NCBI GenBank assembly: GCA_010692635.1
Contig: JAAHGL010000014.1
Location: 1 to 53,756 of the forward strand
Source: Symploca sp. SIO2C1
GTDB taxonomy: Bacteria; Cyanobacteriota; Cyanobacteriia; Cyanobacteriales; Coleofasciculaceae
Length of the DNA: 53,756 bases
Reading direction: 5' to 3'
In this document: piece by piece, positions 29,757 to 40,709 of the stretch
Numbering within the stretch: position 1 is the first letter of the stretch
Layout: each line of letters opens with the position of its first letter
Position numbers and translations under genes: made by a program
Notes under the pieces: generated by a model
What the model saw: only the letters and a program-made list of their open reading frames with translations
Database searches by the model: none
Told to the model about the DNA's origin: nothing

Positions 29757-31642
29757 CGGCGACCAATCCTAATCAAATCACCATCAAAAGTCGGCACGGA
29801 GAGCACGAACGGATCGGTGGAATAGGTCAACGCCTGTTCTTCAAGGATTCCGATCGCGATTTTTTCTCCCATGCGTAAGCTGTCGTAGTAATCGGTGAAG
29901 TAATGAACTCCAGCCATATTGCGGCCAATGGAAATGTTGGCTGCCAGTTTATTTAACTCACCTTCGAGGGTTAGGAATTGACTTGGGGTATAGCTAACGA
30001 GGCAATCAGCAGATACCCCCTCTCCAGCTCCAGGACCGGTCAGATTTGGAGCACGGAAAGCAATCGGAGTATCACCAGTTTCTAATCGCTTGAAGGCAGC
30101 TGCTCCTCCTCGGGTTTTGGCTAAAACTGCGCTGGTGTCGAAGAATGCCTTGAGGATAGTGACACAGGCTCCAGCAACAGTGGCATGTCCTGCACCATAG
30201 GCCGGATGCATGGGTGATCCTTCTGGGAAAGCCATTGGTAGGAAATAAGTTCCTTTTTCCTGACCTGGATCTCTGGGAAGAGCAGCAATAGCACTCAGAG
30301 TACTTTCGAGATCTTTCTTGAAGGCACAAATATCCGACTTGAGCACAGGAGGAATTTTCCCATCAGCAATGTGATTAGAGTTACTCTCTGGAAGACTATT
30401 GCGTCGCACCAGTTCAATTTTAGCTGCTAAAGCTTCTGGCCGTAACCGAATGTGATTATTGAACTTCTGAAAACGAACTGCTTTCAAGCCCCGCGTAGCA
30501 ACTTCGGTCACCAAATTTAAAATGTGCGGTCCGCCGTAAAGAGCAAAACCACCTGCGTTACGCTTTGTCTCAGTTCTTTTTGCCGCTTCTCCCACACCAG
30601 AGAGATGATCAAAGCCTGGGTCAAAGGGTGTCCCCATACCAAGCAGAATGATGCAAGCATTCAAATAGGCTTCGTATAGTGCATCGTAATGTACATAAGT
30701 AGCCAAATCACGGAGAGTTGAGATAAAGCGACGGGGTGGCCGCGTAGGAGGCATTGTGGGAGAACCCTTGGTTGAACCATAGGTTTCTCGGGGGGGTTTC
30801 AAACCGCGCTGAACCTCAACATAGCTCTTCATGCTTACCATATAATCTTTGCCCGGTTCTGCGATCGCCACCTTCTGATCGATTTGCAGTACCCCATAAG
30901 TGATTTTCCCCTCAGCGACGCTACCCCCTCCATTAAGATCGGTATTACCAACTAGCAGGAATTGAGAGAGATACGGACCCACCTCAACACCTGGAGAAGA
31001 ACCTCGGAATACTGTTTGAGCATCCAGTTCACCTTTATCATCAACCTTACGCGGACGACCAGTCTGTTTTTTTACGTAACTGAGGTTATTGAGACGGTTT
31101 AGGGAATTCTTAAGTTCAGGATTGGAGCTATTACATTCAAAGTCATTGAAGGGTTGATCTCGCAGTATGGCAAGCTCGTAGACCTCAGCCATTTCCAAAA
31201 CAAGTTCTGGATTGGTCTTACCACTTGCATTTAACAACGGAGGTGCAGGAGCCATAGTGACAGCCTGGGCATCTGGTCCCTCAAGTTCAAAAACAACTCC
31301 CGCTGTTGGAACTTCCCACTGCCTGATGTCTTCCGGTGCTGGTAGGCAGATCTGTATCACTCCATCTACTACCTCAAACCTGGCTCCATGACGAACTCTA
31401 TCAGAGAACGGATCAATAAAGCCATCATCGATCGCACGACGAAACTCTACAAAATCCTGGGCTTCTTGGAGCAAACCTGTTTCAGGATTATGAGGCAGTC
31501 CTTTTGTAAAGGACATGAAATATTGGCTATCAGCATACCTTTGCTCATCCCTATTTGCTTGGTGGATTGGATGCTGACGACTCCTTGCTAGCTCTGCAGC
31601 TTCAAGACGTACAGCATAAGATTCCTGACGACGATCAGACAT
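29753..31642 (-). CDS. Vanadium-dependent haloperoxidase (bromoperoxidase-like, PAP2 superfamily).
   Basis: Vanadate-site motifs K..RFQKFNNHIRLRP (K...RP), HPAYGAGHAT (P.Y.SGHA variant) and GRNMAGVHYFTD (R...G.H). Overall resemblance to algal and cyanobacterial V-BPOs. 629 aa. Confidence 0.75.
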   Translation of the reverse strand: MSDRRQESYAVRLEAAELARSRQHPIHQANRDEQRYADSQYFMSFTKGLPHNPETGLLQEAQDFVEFRRAIDDGFIDPFSDRVRHGARFEVVDGVIQICLPAPEDIRQWEVPTAGVVFELEGPDAQAVTMAPAPPLLNASGKTNPELVLEMAEVYELAILRDQPFNDFECNSSNPELKNSLNRLNNLSYVKKQTGRPRKVDDKGELDAQTVFRGSSPGVEVGPYLSQFLLVGNTDLNGGGSVAEGKITYGVLQIDQKVAIAEPGKDYMVSMKSYVEVQRGLKPPRETYGSTKGSPTMPPTRPPRRFISTLRDLATYVHYDALYEAYLNACIILLGMGTPFDPGFDHLSGVGEAAKRTETKRNAGGFALYGGPHILNLVTEVATRGLKAVRFQKFNNHIRLRPEALAAKIELVRRNSLPESNSNHIADGKIPPVLKSDICAFKKDLESTLSAIAALPRDPGQEKGTYFLPMAFPEGSPMHPAYGAGHATVAGACVTILKAFFDTSAVLAKTRGGAAAFKRLETGDTPIAFRAPNLTGPGAGEGVSADCLVSYTPSQFLTLEGELNKLAANISIGRNMAGVHYFTDYYDSLRMGEKIAIGILEEQALTYSTDPFVLSVPTFDGDLIRIGRR

Positions 31643-32687
31643 AAGAAACCTCTTGATGAAACAATGCTATTTTCTTGATGAAAAAATTTACGATGTTGTT
31701 TATTGCCCTCTAAATAGCAAAACCAAATTCAACTTCTAATGTGGATTAAATGTAGCTCCATGATATCAAGACTTTCATAAATTGGCTTCAAAAGTGAACA
31801 TTTTTATCTGAAAAAGATCGCACACTTTGAGCATCTAATTCACATTATGCGTAAATTAATTAAATGTCAGCTCTATCTTTGGGTTGACTGTCTCTTCATA
31901 GTAAAGTCTACATTGCGAAGAATTATTAAAATCTCAAAATCTAATGGTTTGAGCACAGTGGTTCTTATGTTAAGCTGTTCCGCATTTAAACTGTGATAAT
32001 TTTATTATCTTTGTTTTTGAGCTTTCGCCTCCATTTGATAATTAACCCTCCTTCATTGTTCTTTTAACAACCCAAGAAATCAGCAATTTCTAGCTGTGTC
32101 CTGCGACTATTCAATAACAATAAAATTATAATTTTTTCTCTAATTTCTCCATCCTCTTCTGTTTTAAGAGCTTTTTGCAGTTTTTCTTTTTGCTTTAGTA
32201 TTGGATGATTTTTGGCTGGTATATTTTCTATTATTTGCTTACTTGTTGATTTTTGTTATACCAATTTAAGTGCGGGACACCTTACCGTATCCAAGATTTA
32301 AATTATAGGAAAAAGCATAATGCTCAAAAATGCTTTGCGAAGTAAATAGAAAAAGTGCTTACAAAACAGGCATCCCTGATATCTATATCATGCAAAGTAT
32401 CGACTTTTGTTGGGTTCCGCTTCTGGTTTGAATCATAAACTATCTGTTAACTCTCTAAAAACGCTGCACCCAACCTACAAGATCTGCGATCACACATAAT
32501 CATGAGGGTGGGCATTCTCGTCAATCTCCAACAACAGCAACACAAGACTTTTCAAGCATCACTAGAGGAGAACTATGGTGAGGTAATGTCGTAATGTCGA
32601 GGTCTAATGACCAAGTTCACCGGGCGGTGGCGAAGAATTTACGAAAAATAGGGAGCAAACCGCCCACTGCTCCAGTGCAACGGCTTG

Positions 32688-33107
32688 TTAGCCACCGTCA
32701 GCTGTCTTGGCGGTAGTACGGAGGGTTTCCCTTTCCATCCACAGACCAATCGCAGGGAACTGAATCCAAAAAGAGAAGTAGAAGAAAGTGAGATACCAGT
32801 AGGGCTTAACAAATCCGATCCCAAGACCTTTGTACCAGCCGAGTAGCAGATAGTCGTAAACGAAAAGCGGAAGCGTTAGATAAAGAGCAAGCCAGCACGA
32901 ATTCGCTAGGTGCCTTCCGTTGCTCCAGTACTTCACCAGCGTGTATCGCGTGACTGGAAAGTACATCACCGTTACGATGAACAGGACTGAAACCTTCGCC
33001 CAGAGATACCACTGCTGGTAGTACTCAGGAAGTCCGATGAGGTAGAACGTGAGCCATGTCACGAAGCTGTATGCTAGCAGTTGAATATGCTTTCGTGCTG
33101 TTGTCAT
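32688..33107 (-). CDS. Hypothetical integral membrane protein (139 aa, ~4 TM helices, Trp/Tyr-rich).
   Basis: Hydrophobic segments YSFVTWLTFYLIGL, VSVLFIVTVMYF, LALYLTLPLFVYDYLLLGW, FFYFSFWIQFPAIGLW. Confidence 0.5.
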   Translation of the reverse strand: MTTARKHIQLLAYSFVTWLTFYLIGLPEYYQQWYLWAKVSVLFIVTVMYFPVTRYTLVKYWSNGRHLANSCWLALYLTLPLFVYDYLLLGWYKGLGIGFVKPYWYLTFFYFSFWIQFPAIGLWMERETLRTTAKTADGG

Positions 33108-33403
33108 TGCGAGGGGTTAATCAGATGTAATGTCTCAGGTGGTCAACTATATAGGGCTTGGGAGAATAAGTAACAAGGAATGAAGTATTTATCTGTACTG
33201 TTTACTACTGTGGTGGAAAAGAAATTGATCTCACGCCCTGATTTTGCACATATTTTTTAAGCTGTTCTATCGTTACATCACCACAGCTAGCTACAAAATA
33301 AAAGCCTCTCCAAAAGACACGTTTGTGATAAGTAGCCGATACTTCAGGTTCAAATTCTCTCCACATTGTCTTAGATGATGTGGATTTTCAATTAGCTATA
33401 AGG

Positions 33404-34705
33404 TTACTCAATTCTAGCTGGGGCATTGGCTTTGAGATAAGCCCCTTGCCCTAAGTGCCGTAGATTTGGATAGCAGCTCCGGTAATGTTCCTCGCTAACG
33501 AACAACCACAGGATGCGAGTGCGACGATTCTGGGGGGGTTGGGGGCAAGGGGCATAACCATCAGTGTAAATGATCAGGCCATCGTAATCGCGGTGTTCAT
33601 CAATATAGGTCACGACTGGCGCAAAATTCGTACCGCCACGTCCCGTTAGTTGGACTTCATGTTTTGCTCGACGGAAGATCATGACGTCGGTGGTAATCTG
33701 AGCATCAAATTGAATGACATCAATCGCAGGTACGCCGTAGTTGAAAAAGCGGTTAATCATCGAAAATCCTTGTTGGAGCTGTTCTGTGCCCATAGAGCCG
33801 CTGACATCGATCGCAAACAATAATCGTGTTGTAAAGTCGCGACGACTTCCCATATAGGTGAACCCATACCGGCGATTAGGCTTCATGCGCGTTAGCCGTC
33901 GCTGTTGGCTGAGGATGGAGGTGCGAAACTTGCGCAAGACAGCCCGATAGTCGAGTTTGGGGTGAAGATTCGCCAGGATATGTTCCCGCAATTTGCCCCC
34001 AATATTGCCCCAGCTGTCATTGGCTTGGGTCGTTTTTACCAACTCATCCAGGCGATCGCTCAACAATTCATCCTGATCCCACTGGTCCGTATTTTCGACC
34101 CCACTCAGGCTTGGGTCAGTATAGACTAAAAGTAGATCGCTGGGGAGATCGCCTGGGGTTGAAATCTCTTCAGATTCTGGTTCAGAAGATTCAGATTCAG
34201 AAGCTGCCGACGCGGGTGCGGTCTCAGCTGTACCCATACCCGCTGTCGTCGCTCCGGATGCTGTCCCTTCTGAGCTGAAGGTTGGTGCGGTGGGTGGTTG
34301 TTGGTCAAGCAGTTGGTGGTAGTAGAACTCGAAGAACTGTTTATCATAGCTGCGATCGCCAAACACATCCCGCGCGCGCGGAAACGGCAGTTCGGTTTGC
34401 AAATATTCCTGTAGCGTCAAATTGCTGGCAGCATAGCTGATGGCTGAATGCGCTTGGCGGCGACTGTAGGGATGTTTGAGGAGAATTCGCAGCGCCTCGA
34501 AACGTAATGTTGCTTCCAAGTGGCGATCGCTCAGCTGCTCGATAAAACCGGGATTGTACTCGATGCAACCCCGCTGAACGCGAATGGTTTGGATGCGGGG
34601 TTCGGGGACTAAAGCGTGACTGGTCCAGGTTGCTAACAACAATGGCTCCACGAGCAGCCACTTTTCAATAATCCGAGCAATGCGCTGACGAGCAAATTTC
34701 CTCAT
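33404..34705 (-). CDS. VWA-domain protein of the DUF2201-like type (putative metallopeptidase-like N-domain + VWA with MIDAS), normally the partner of a MoxR AAA ATPase.
   Basis: MIDAS motif LLFAIDVSGSMG with downstream T and D. N-terminal RIARIIEKWLLVEPLL... helical domain. Its first ~18 codons are duplicated at 40657-40709, coupled to the AAA gene there. Confidence 0.7.
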   Translation of the reverse strand: MRKFARQRIARIIEKWLLVEPLLLATWTSHALVPEPRIQTIRVQRGCIEYNPGFIEQLSDRHLEATLRFEALRILLKHPYSRRQAHSAISYAASNLTLQEYLQTELPFPRARDVFGDRSYDKQFFEFYYHQLLDQQPPTAPTFSSEGTASGATTAGMGTAETAPASAASESESSEPESEEISTPGDLPSDLLLVYTDPSLSGVENTDQWDQDELLSDRLDELVKTTQANDSWGNIGGKLREHILANLHPKLDYRAVLRKFRTSILSQQRRLTRMKPNRRYGFTYMGSRRDFTTRLLFAIDVSGSMGTEQLQQGFSMINRFFNYGVPAIDVIQFDAQITTDVMIFRRAKHEVQLTGRGGTNFAPVVTYIDEHRDYDGLIIYTDGYAPCPQPPQNRRTRILWLFVSEEHYRSCYPNLRHLGQGAYLKANAPARIE

Positions 34706-34843
34706 AGCCAAGGTTCAGGTCGAAGGTCAAACTAATAAATAACAAGTAAGGCGATCTCTGAGAAAGAAAATACTAATGCATCGCGTAGGTCAATCGGCGC
34801 AACAATTTCAATTTGTTCTTTTGGCAAGCCGACTACGGATTTC

Positions 34844-35218
34844 CTAAGCCGTTGGCACGGTGGTATCGACCCACTCAAGAAAAGTTACGGGCAGCCCATC
34901 GGGAGCCCGAATCTGAAAGAGCCGGGCTCCCCAAGAAGTAGACTGTGGCTCAGGTGTATCGATGTTGAGGTTGTGCCGCGTAGCCTCAATGTCATCAACC
35001 TCGATCGCCAGGTGGCAACGGTCGTTGGGAGAGCCAAGATTGAGTGGAGGTCGTTTGCGGCTATTATCTAGGATTTCAAGCCGCATGCCACCCAGGTCGA
35101 ACCTCACCCCACGCGCATTCGGACGATCCCACTGTTCCACCACCGGGAAACCGAGCTGATCGCCATAGAAGGTGATGACAGCATCGAACTGCTCGGTAGC
35201 GATCGCAACGTAACTCAT
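34844..35218 (-). CDS. VOC/glyoxalase-family protein.
   Basis: 124 aa. Paired beta-alpha-beta-beta-beta modules with HLAIEVDDIEAT. ATGA overlap with the upstream LLM gene. Confidence 0.65.
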   Translation of the reverse strand: MSYVAIATEQFDAVITFYGDQLGFPVVEQWDRPNARGVRFDLGGMRLEILDNSRKRPPLNLGSPNDRCHLAIEVDDIEATRHNLNIDTPEPQSTSWGARLFQIRAPDGLPVTFLEWVDTTVPTA

Positions 35219-36333
35219 CGTGCAGCCACGGAGGTCTCCGTAGCCTCCGCTCTCAGTCTCTTTCGGACACGAGGCGCTACGTCTTCGAGCAAAAGGCGAA
35301 GGCTACGCTCCCAGGGCTCGATCTCCTTAGTAGCGTCATAGGAGACAATTGTGAGATAACCAAAACCACCTGTTTGGTCCTGAAGTGATTCAATGCGCTC
35401 GGCTACAGTGTCTGGCGAGCCTACGAGCCAAAGATTGTCGGCAAGATAATCAAGATCGATTGCCGAATCCGGCATATCTGGATCGGTTTTAAGGATGGGT
35501 CCCAGGCCGAGGCCAAGGTAGATTGGCAGCAAAAATTCGCGCCAGCACCTACCCATTGCGCCACCGATCGCAAGTTCCCGTGCTTCTGTATCAGTGGGTG
35601 CTACATAAACATCACGGACAATCCGCCAGTTATCTCGATTGGGCTGTCGGTTGGCTCGCTTGGCACCCTCCACAACCGCGTCCCAATGTTGGGAGGTTAT
35701 GGACAAATCGGGATCCACACTCAGACTGACTGGCAAATACCCCTTCTCACCAGCCAGCTTGTGATTATCAGACCCCGCAGTCAGACCAGCGATAGCGATC
35801 GGCGGATGTGGGGTCTGGTAGGGGGTGAGGTGATAGCCAAGCCCTGGTAGTGTGCTTTCAGGCTTTCCCATCGACCAAAATTCACCCGTGAATCTGCTGG
35901 GACCTTCGGTCCAGAGCCCGGTCATCATCTCCAGTGATTCAAAGGTCATGCGACGATTACGCCCTCCAGCAGCCTTGATGTCGAATAGGTCGCGATCAGA
36001 AGGAAGAGCGCTGATGCCAACACCAAGCTGGTAGCGACCACCCGCCATATGGTCGAGATAGGCAACTCGGTGAGCAAGTTCGACTGGATTGTGATAGGGG
36101 AGTAGATGACCTAGAGGACCGAGGCGAATGTTTTGAGTGCGCAATAGCCCTTGCGCAATCAGCAGATCTGGCGCCGGACAGGGCTCCCATTGAGCAGTAA
36201 AGTGCTCTCCAATCCATGCTTCGTCAAAACCAATCGCGTCCAAGCGTTCGAGTTCTGCTAAATCTGCTTTTTGTCCCTCACGGATTGCAATTTCCGGTGG
36301 GTGGGATGGCATCAACAAGCTACCAAATTTCAT
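35215..36333 (-). CDS. LLM-class (luciferase-like) flavin-dependent oxidoreductase.
   Basis: MKFGSLLMP...DAIGFDEAWIGEHF...GRYQLGVGIS is the typical LLM TIM-barrel N-terminus. 372 aa. Confidence 0.75.
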   Translation of the reverse strand: MKFGSLLMPSHPPEIAIREGQKADLAELERLDAIGFDEAWIGEHFTAQWEPCPAPDLLIAQGLLRTQNIRLGPLGHLLPYHNPVELAHRVAYLDHMAGGRYQLGVGISALPSDRDLFDIKAAGGRNRRMTFESLEMMTGLWTEGPSRFTGEFWSMGKPESTLPGLGYHLTPYQTPHPPIAIAGLTAGSDNHKLAGEKGYLPVSLSVDPDLSITSQHWDAVVEGAKRANRQPNRDNWRIVRDVYVAPTDTEARELAIGGAMGRCWREFLLPIYLGLGLGPILKTDPDMPDSAIDLDYLADNLWLVGSPDTVAERIESLQDQTGGFGYLTIVSYDATKEIEPWERSLRLLLEDVAPRVRKRLRAEATETSVAAR

Positions 36334-36610
36334 GTCAACTTAATTATTGCTAAATGACGTCTAAACTACCGTTTTCTGCATATGATGTGGTATCAGATTA
36401 GGTTATTCAGGAAATATTATGCTAAATTATCACAAACACAACCCAAAATGCTACTCCACAATGATGCATAACCATTGAGCTCTCATTGAGAAAGAAAACA
36501 AATTATAAAAAAACTTAAAGCTATAGAGGCTAAATCTGTGGTTGATTGATTTGTTATGCTACTGCTCAAGCCAATCGAACGAATTCATAAAGAATTCTCT
36601 GGCATTATTA

Positions 36611-36773
36611 TCAATGGATAATTGATAATTGATAATTGATAATTGGTTAATTTGGTCTAAGACCTCTTCAAAAATGCAAGAAAATAAAAAGAAAATATTT
36701 TCCTGATTGTCAATCCTCTTCTTTCAAGGAGAGGTAATTATCCATTATCCATTGTTCATTATTAATTGTTGAA
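36611..36773. mobile_element. MITE with heptamer-repeat TIRs (tcaatggataattgataatt ... aattatccattg), copy A.
   Basis: About 85-90% identical over ~165 bp to the reverse complement of 49595-49770. Core: ggtctaagacctcttca...aaagaaaatattttcct...caatcctcttctttcaaggagaggtaattatcc. Confidence 0.55.
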
Positions 36774-37355
36774 TAATACAAAATTGGGAAGTGATCGCCA
36801 AGAGGCGTTTTTTTCCAGGAAGAAGAGCGGTGTAACGAGATAATCAAAAACAGCTGTTCTCCCGGACTTGATTGGGATAGGTGATCTGGGTCGTTTTAGC
36901 TGGGTTTTAGCAGGTTTGGTGAGAAGTTAATTGAGCCTAGAAAAACCCAACACCAACAGCTCTCACGAGTACCTGAAACGCTTGGAATTCTGACAAGGGA
37001 ATTGCCTACTCACTTGCTCTTCACATTGGCAGCGAATAAAGGTTATTTCTTTTGAGTGTTGGGTTTCACTTCGTTCTACCCAACCTACAGCGAGCGATCG
37101 CACTATCGAGATTTAGAATCTTTATCGATTTGATGAGAATGGTGGTACTGCGACTAACAGAGTAGCGATCGCCCCTGAAAATATCAGCATTTTGAGAAAA
37201 AAATATAGGAATTTTGGTATGGCAATAGGTCGCCTGAGTTCTATTTTTGACTGAATCTGAATATCTCCGATCGCCAAATTATCTTGAATAAGGGAATCAA
37301 GTGGCGATCGTAAAAGCTATCAACAGCTTCAGCTTCGGACTATTGAATCAAACCG

Positions 37356-37889
37356 TCAATTCGTCGGTTTGTACGGGAGTGCTGAATGGTGGAGATTGAT
37401 CAAGAGATTGCCGTCGGCACCACGAATATACCCAAATGTGAACTCTACCTTCACTTCCTTACCAGTCGTTGCATCCGTAAAAAAGTAGTTGCCCATGGCA
37501 ACAGCAGAGTCCGAGTCAGTGAGAATCTCGGCATTTTCAAAGCGAACCGCACTCCATGGCTGCAACGCGAAGCCACTGTCTTCATCAATGATACCGCCAA
37601 CGAAATAGGAGAGCGCTTGGTCCTCAGTGAGGCGAAACTGCTCAGCCGAAGCCTTAGTTGGTTTGAAGAGGACGGTGCCTTCGTCGTAACCGTAGAGCGT
37701 ATCTACGTGATCTGCTGCCAACGCCCGATAGTTGCCTTGATTTAAATAGGCTTTGCCGATCGCAACGATGCCGTCACCCCACACTTTCTGCGCCTGGTTG
37801 ATCTCGGCTTCTGAGATTGGGTGCGCGATTACCGGACCACCCATAAAAAGAACCCCGACCACGCTGGCTGTAAGAGCTCCTTTAATCAT
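37356..37889 (-). CDS. Hypothetical secreted protein (177 aa).
   Basis: Signal peptide MIKGALTASVVGVLFMGGPVIAHP. No recognisable catalytic motif. Confidence 0.5.
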   Translation of the reverse strand: MIKGALTASVVGVLFMGGPVIAHPISEAEINQAQKVWGDGIVAIGKAYLNQGNYRALAADHVDTLYGYDEGTVLFKPTKASAEQFRLTEDQALSYFVGGIIDEDSGFALQPWSAVRFENAEILTDSDSAVAMGNYFFTDATTGKEVKVEFTFGYIRGADGNLLINLHHSALPYKPTN

Positions 37890-38510
37890 AGTAGTTTCTC
37901 CTCTGGTTATTGAAAAACAGGAAAATTGTTAACTCCCCGGATTCAGCAATGCCAGACAGCATACCATAGCACAATGATGCGCTTCAAAGATTATATTCAT
38001 TTGCAATCAGTTGCTCGCATTTTCCTGTAACCAGTCTCTATCAGCAAAAGGGGAAGGAACGCGCCTTAAGCGAGAGGAGGATCGCGCTGCCGAATCCTTT
38101 CTTTATGGGGGATGTCGATCTAGTTGTCGCAATACCTGTCGAAGATTTACGACTCCAGATCGATCTGACGGGGTGACAATTCTGGCTATAATGTACATCT
38201 GATAAGATATTCTGACCGTTTTAACCGATTTTTTAGAGTTGATTCGTAGAAAGAGGGTAACAAAGTACTCATTGTCATTAGTGAGCAATTATTCAGAATA
38301 TAACAATATTTTAGAATACTATACGATACCTCAAAAGTTTATTCAGTAAAGGATTGAGCCCTTGTTGTCACCCCGTCAGCCTCAATAGTCTTTATTTCTA
38401 CCACGAAATCTGCGGAATGTGGGTCTGAAACTGGTGTAATGAAAGGGCTAATTCCCGATCTCTCAAAAGTCGCAGGTAAGGGTCGGTATCGTCACTACCT
38501 TATGCGATTG

Positions 38511-39014
38511 TTATGTCCGTACTTCAATTTTTCTAATATTCAATCTCTCTGTTTCCTCAGGTTTCTCAAAATATTGAGTTATTTTTAAGAAAACTTCTTT
38601 CGTATCAAAGTTAGAACGCTCTGGTTGTTCTTTTTGCCTTTTAGCAATATGTTTCAGGCAAATTTCGTTGCTGGCATCGAGATAAATCATTTCATATGGA
38701 GATTCTACTTCGGCACTTAAATTCTTAAACCAATCTCTTTGTGAAGCGGTATTTGCAGGAAAGTCCATTACTACATTAGTTCCCGTGCGCAAAATATCTT
38801 GGGCCAGGTTTTTTACAAGAGGTCGAATCTGGCGAGAAAATTTGAGATAGTCGTCGAATGATGCAATTTGGTGTGGATAAATTTGAGATAGCCAGGTGTC
38901 CTCAGATAGCAAAACTGTGTTCTTATCTTTCGACAGCTCAATGGACATTGAAGTCTTACCAGCGCCCATCTTGCCGCAGAAAAAAATTAAAGTCCCTTTA
39001 GGTTCCATATACAT
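38511..39014 (-). CDS. P-loop NTPase/kinase-like protein (AAA_33-type).
   Basis: Walker A FFCGKMGAGKTS. Walker-B-like VVMDFP. Small size (167 aa) is typical of zeta-toxin / gluconate-kinase-like kinases. AT-rich relative to its neighbours. Confidence 0.6.
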   Translation of the reverse strand: MYMEPKGTLIFFCGKMGAGKTSMSIELSKDKNTVLLSEDTWLSQIYPHQIASFDDYLKFSRQIRPLVKNLAQDILRTGTNVVMDFPANTASQRDWFKNLSAEVESPYEMIYLDASNEICLKHIAKRQKEQPERSNFDTKEVFLKITQYFEKPEETERLNIRKIEVRT

Positions 39015-39535
39015 CGATTAAGCAGATAACGGTTTGATTCAGCATCAGCTTGAAATCGAATTGCTGTCAAGGGAAATGCGTGTTCCTTCAAGCCAATATC
39101 CGTTATTTTGTTGCTTAACATACTGCTTTATGGGCATGGGTGCTATTGTCATAGGATTAGCAATTACTCACCATTTAACATAGTAGACGATTGCCAGTCA
39201 TGATATTTGCAAGGTAAGGATTCAGGTCTGTGTTTAACTCATCAATCAGCCTGGGTGTACTCGCCGTGAAAAAGTAACGTGGCAAAGGGAATGAACTCAG
39301 AGCGGCGAGTGCGCCCAGGCTCTTTTCCTCTGCATAGGGATTGCCTCACATAATTGATAGGATGATCAGTAGGCTAAAGCCTCGGTTGGCAAGGGTACAA
39401 CCTGGTTGAGTTCAATCATGGCCTCATCTTCGACTCTTGTTCAAGGGATAGGTTCACCTCAACAATGACAGAGATTGCCCCGAGGAGGTTTGAGCCATCA
39501 AGGCGGCTTGAAAAAACTCCATCACTCATCCTGAG

Positions 39536-39716
39536 TTGGCAGCCATTGTTGATGTTGGGCAAAGGCTTCATCAATCAAATCTAAAAAGGCTTGCCCCAAT
39601 GCCTGATTGTTGCCGGATTTCAACTTGACTACTTTTTTGAAGTGACCCCTGAGGTGTGCCAGACATTTCTGTTGTGCTTTGACCGAGTAACCGTTATAGA
39701 CACTGTCGGTACGTGC
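39536..39716 (-). pseudogene. IS66-family-like transposase remnant.
   Basis: Minus-strand translation gives DSVYNGYSVKAQQKCLAHLRGHFKKVVKL..NQALGQAFLDLIDEAF. This fits the IS66 D.Y.GY...Q.C.AH.RR.F block. Short, surrounded by stops. Confidence 0.35.
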
Positions 39717-39725
39717 GTATTGAGC

Positions 39726-40412
39726 TTAACAGGATCGTTTTCGCTGAAGAGCACGAAAACCAAATCCGATCAAACCAAGTAAGCCTGTAACCGATGATGG
39801 TTCAGGAATTGAGTTTGTAGCATCTTGATATACTTCGGATATAAGAACACCATCAATCACAAAGCCATGCAGACCATTAGAAGGATCGCCACTAAAGGTA
39901 AGAGTAGTGCTTTCACTATCTGCAACAAACTGCTCTGTATACTGTAAAAAATTGAGGTCCGCTTGTGTAGAAGGAATATCGTGTAAAAGCGTTTCTGATA
40001 GCAAAGATCCAGTTCCCACAATGTCAAAGTGCCCTAACGCACGCCCTTGCGCGTTAGAAAAATCATGGGCATAAAAAAAGCTGAGTTCGTAAGTTCGACC
40101 AATCTGGGTGTCAAAGCTTTGTGAGAGATTAACGTTTGGTCTAAGTTCCAAACTTTGGTCAAAATCATCTGGATTCGTTGTTCCCGATACACCACTCCAA
40201 AAACTGTTGACTAAATAGACGAAATCATCAGAAATAGACCAGCCAAAACCATCAGGTACGTTTGTCGAATTGTAGGTTGTATAGTTGCCGGAAATATCAA
40301 CTGCCTCAAAGTCACCATTGGAAATTAAGTTGACAGCTTGTGCTGAACCTACCGTACTCAAAACAAGTGCACCAGAGAATGCAGTAGTAGAAAATGCTTT
40401 TGCCAAGAACAT
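39726..40412 (-). CDS. PEP-CTERM sorting-domain protein.
   Basis: Signal peptide MFLAKAFSTTAFSGALVLSTVGSAQA. C-terminal IPEPSSVTGLLGLIGFGFRALQRKRSC is the PEP motif + TM + basic tail. The ORF track start at 40496 is probably too long. Confidence 0.7.
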   Translation of the reverse strand: MFLAKAFSTTAFSGALVLSTVGSAQAVNLISNGDFEAVDISGNYTTYNSTNVPDGFGWSISDDFVYLVNSFWSGVSGTTNPDDFDQSLELRPNVNLSQSFDTQIGRTYELSFFYAHDFSNAQGRALGHFDIVGTGSLLSETLLHDIPSTQADLNFLQYTEQFVADSESTTLTFSGDPSNGLHGFVIDGVLISEVYQDATNSIPEPSSVTGLLGLIGFGFRALQRKRSC

Positions 40413-40631
40413 TAAATTTCTTCCGTACAGGGTTAGATATGGAAATGTTGAGAATAAGCTGAGGTAAGCTTGCGGTGCATGAGCAACGCAGTACAAAATG
40501 TATAAATCCGCAAGGCTTGAACTATTATACTTGAAACGGTTAAAGCCTTGTAGGCTGCGTTTCGTTCCTCAACCCAGCAAACCGCTTGCTGCCGTTGGGT
40601 TTCACTCCGCTCTACCGAACAGTTCGCTGCT

Positions 40632-40709
40632 TCAACCCAGAACCAGGCATTCAGTTAGCAGCCACTTTTCAATAATGCGAGCAATGCGCTGAAGAGTCGA
40701 GATTTTCAT
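40632..40709 (-). pseudogene. Orphaned 5' end of the VWA gene, still start/stop-overlapped (ATGA) with the MoxR gene. It encodes MKISTLQRIARIIEKWLL and then hits a stop inside a repeat.
   Basis: 40657-40696 is near-identical (2 mismatches in 40) to 34653-34692. The ATG at 40709-40707 overlaps the AAA gene's stop TGA. Confidence 0.5.

Noticed and set aside
39591-39782. 63-aa plus-strand ORF.
   Set aside because: It is the antisense of the IS66-like transposase remnant and the PEP-CTERM gene end, so no support.
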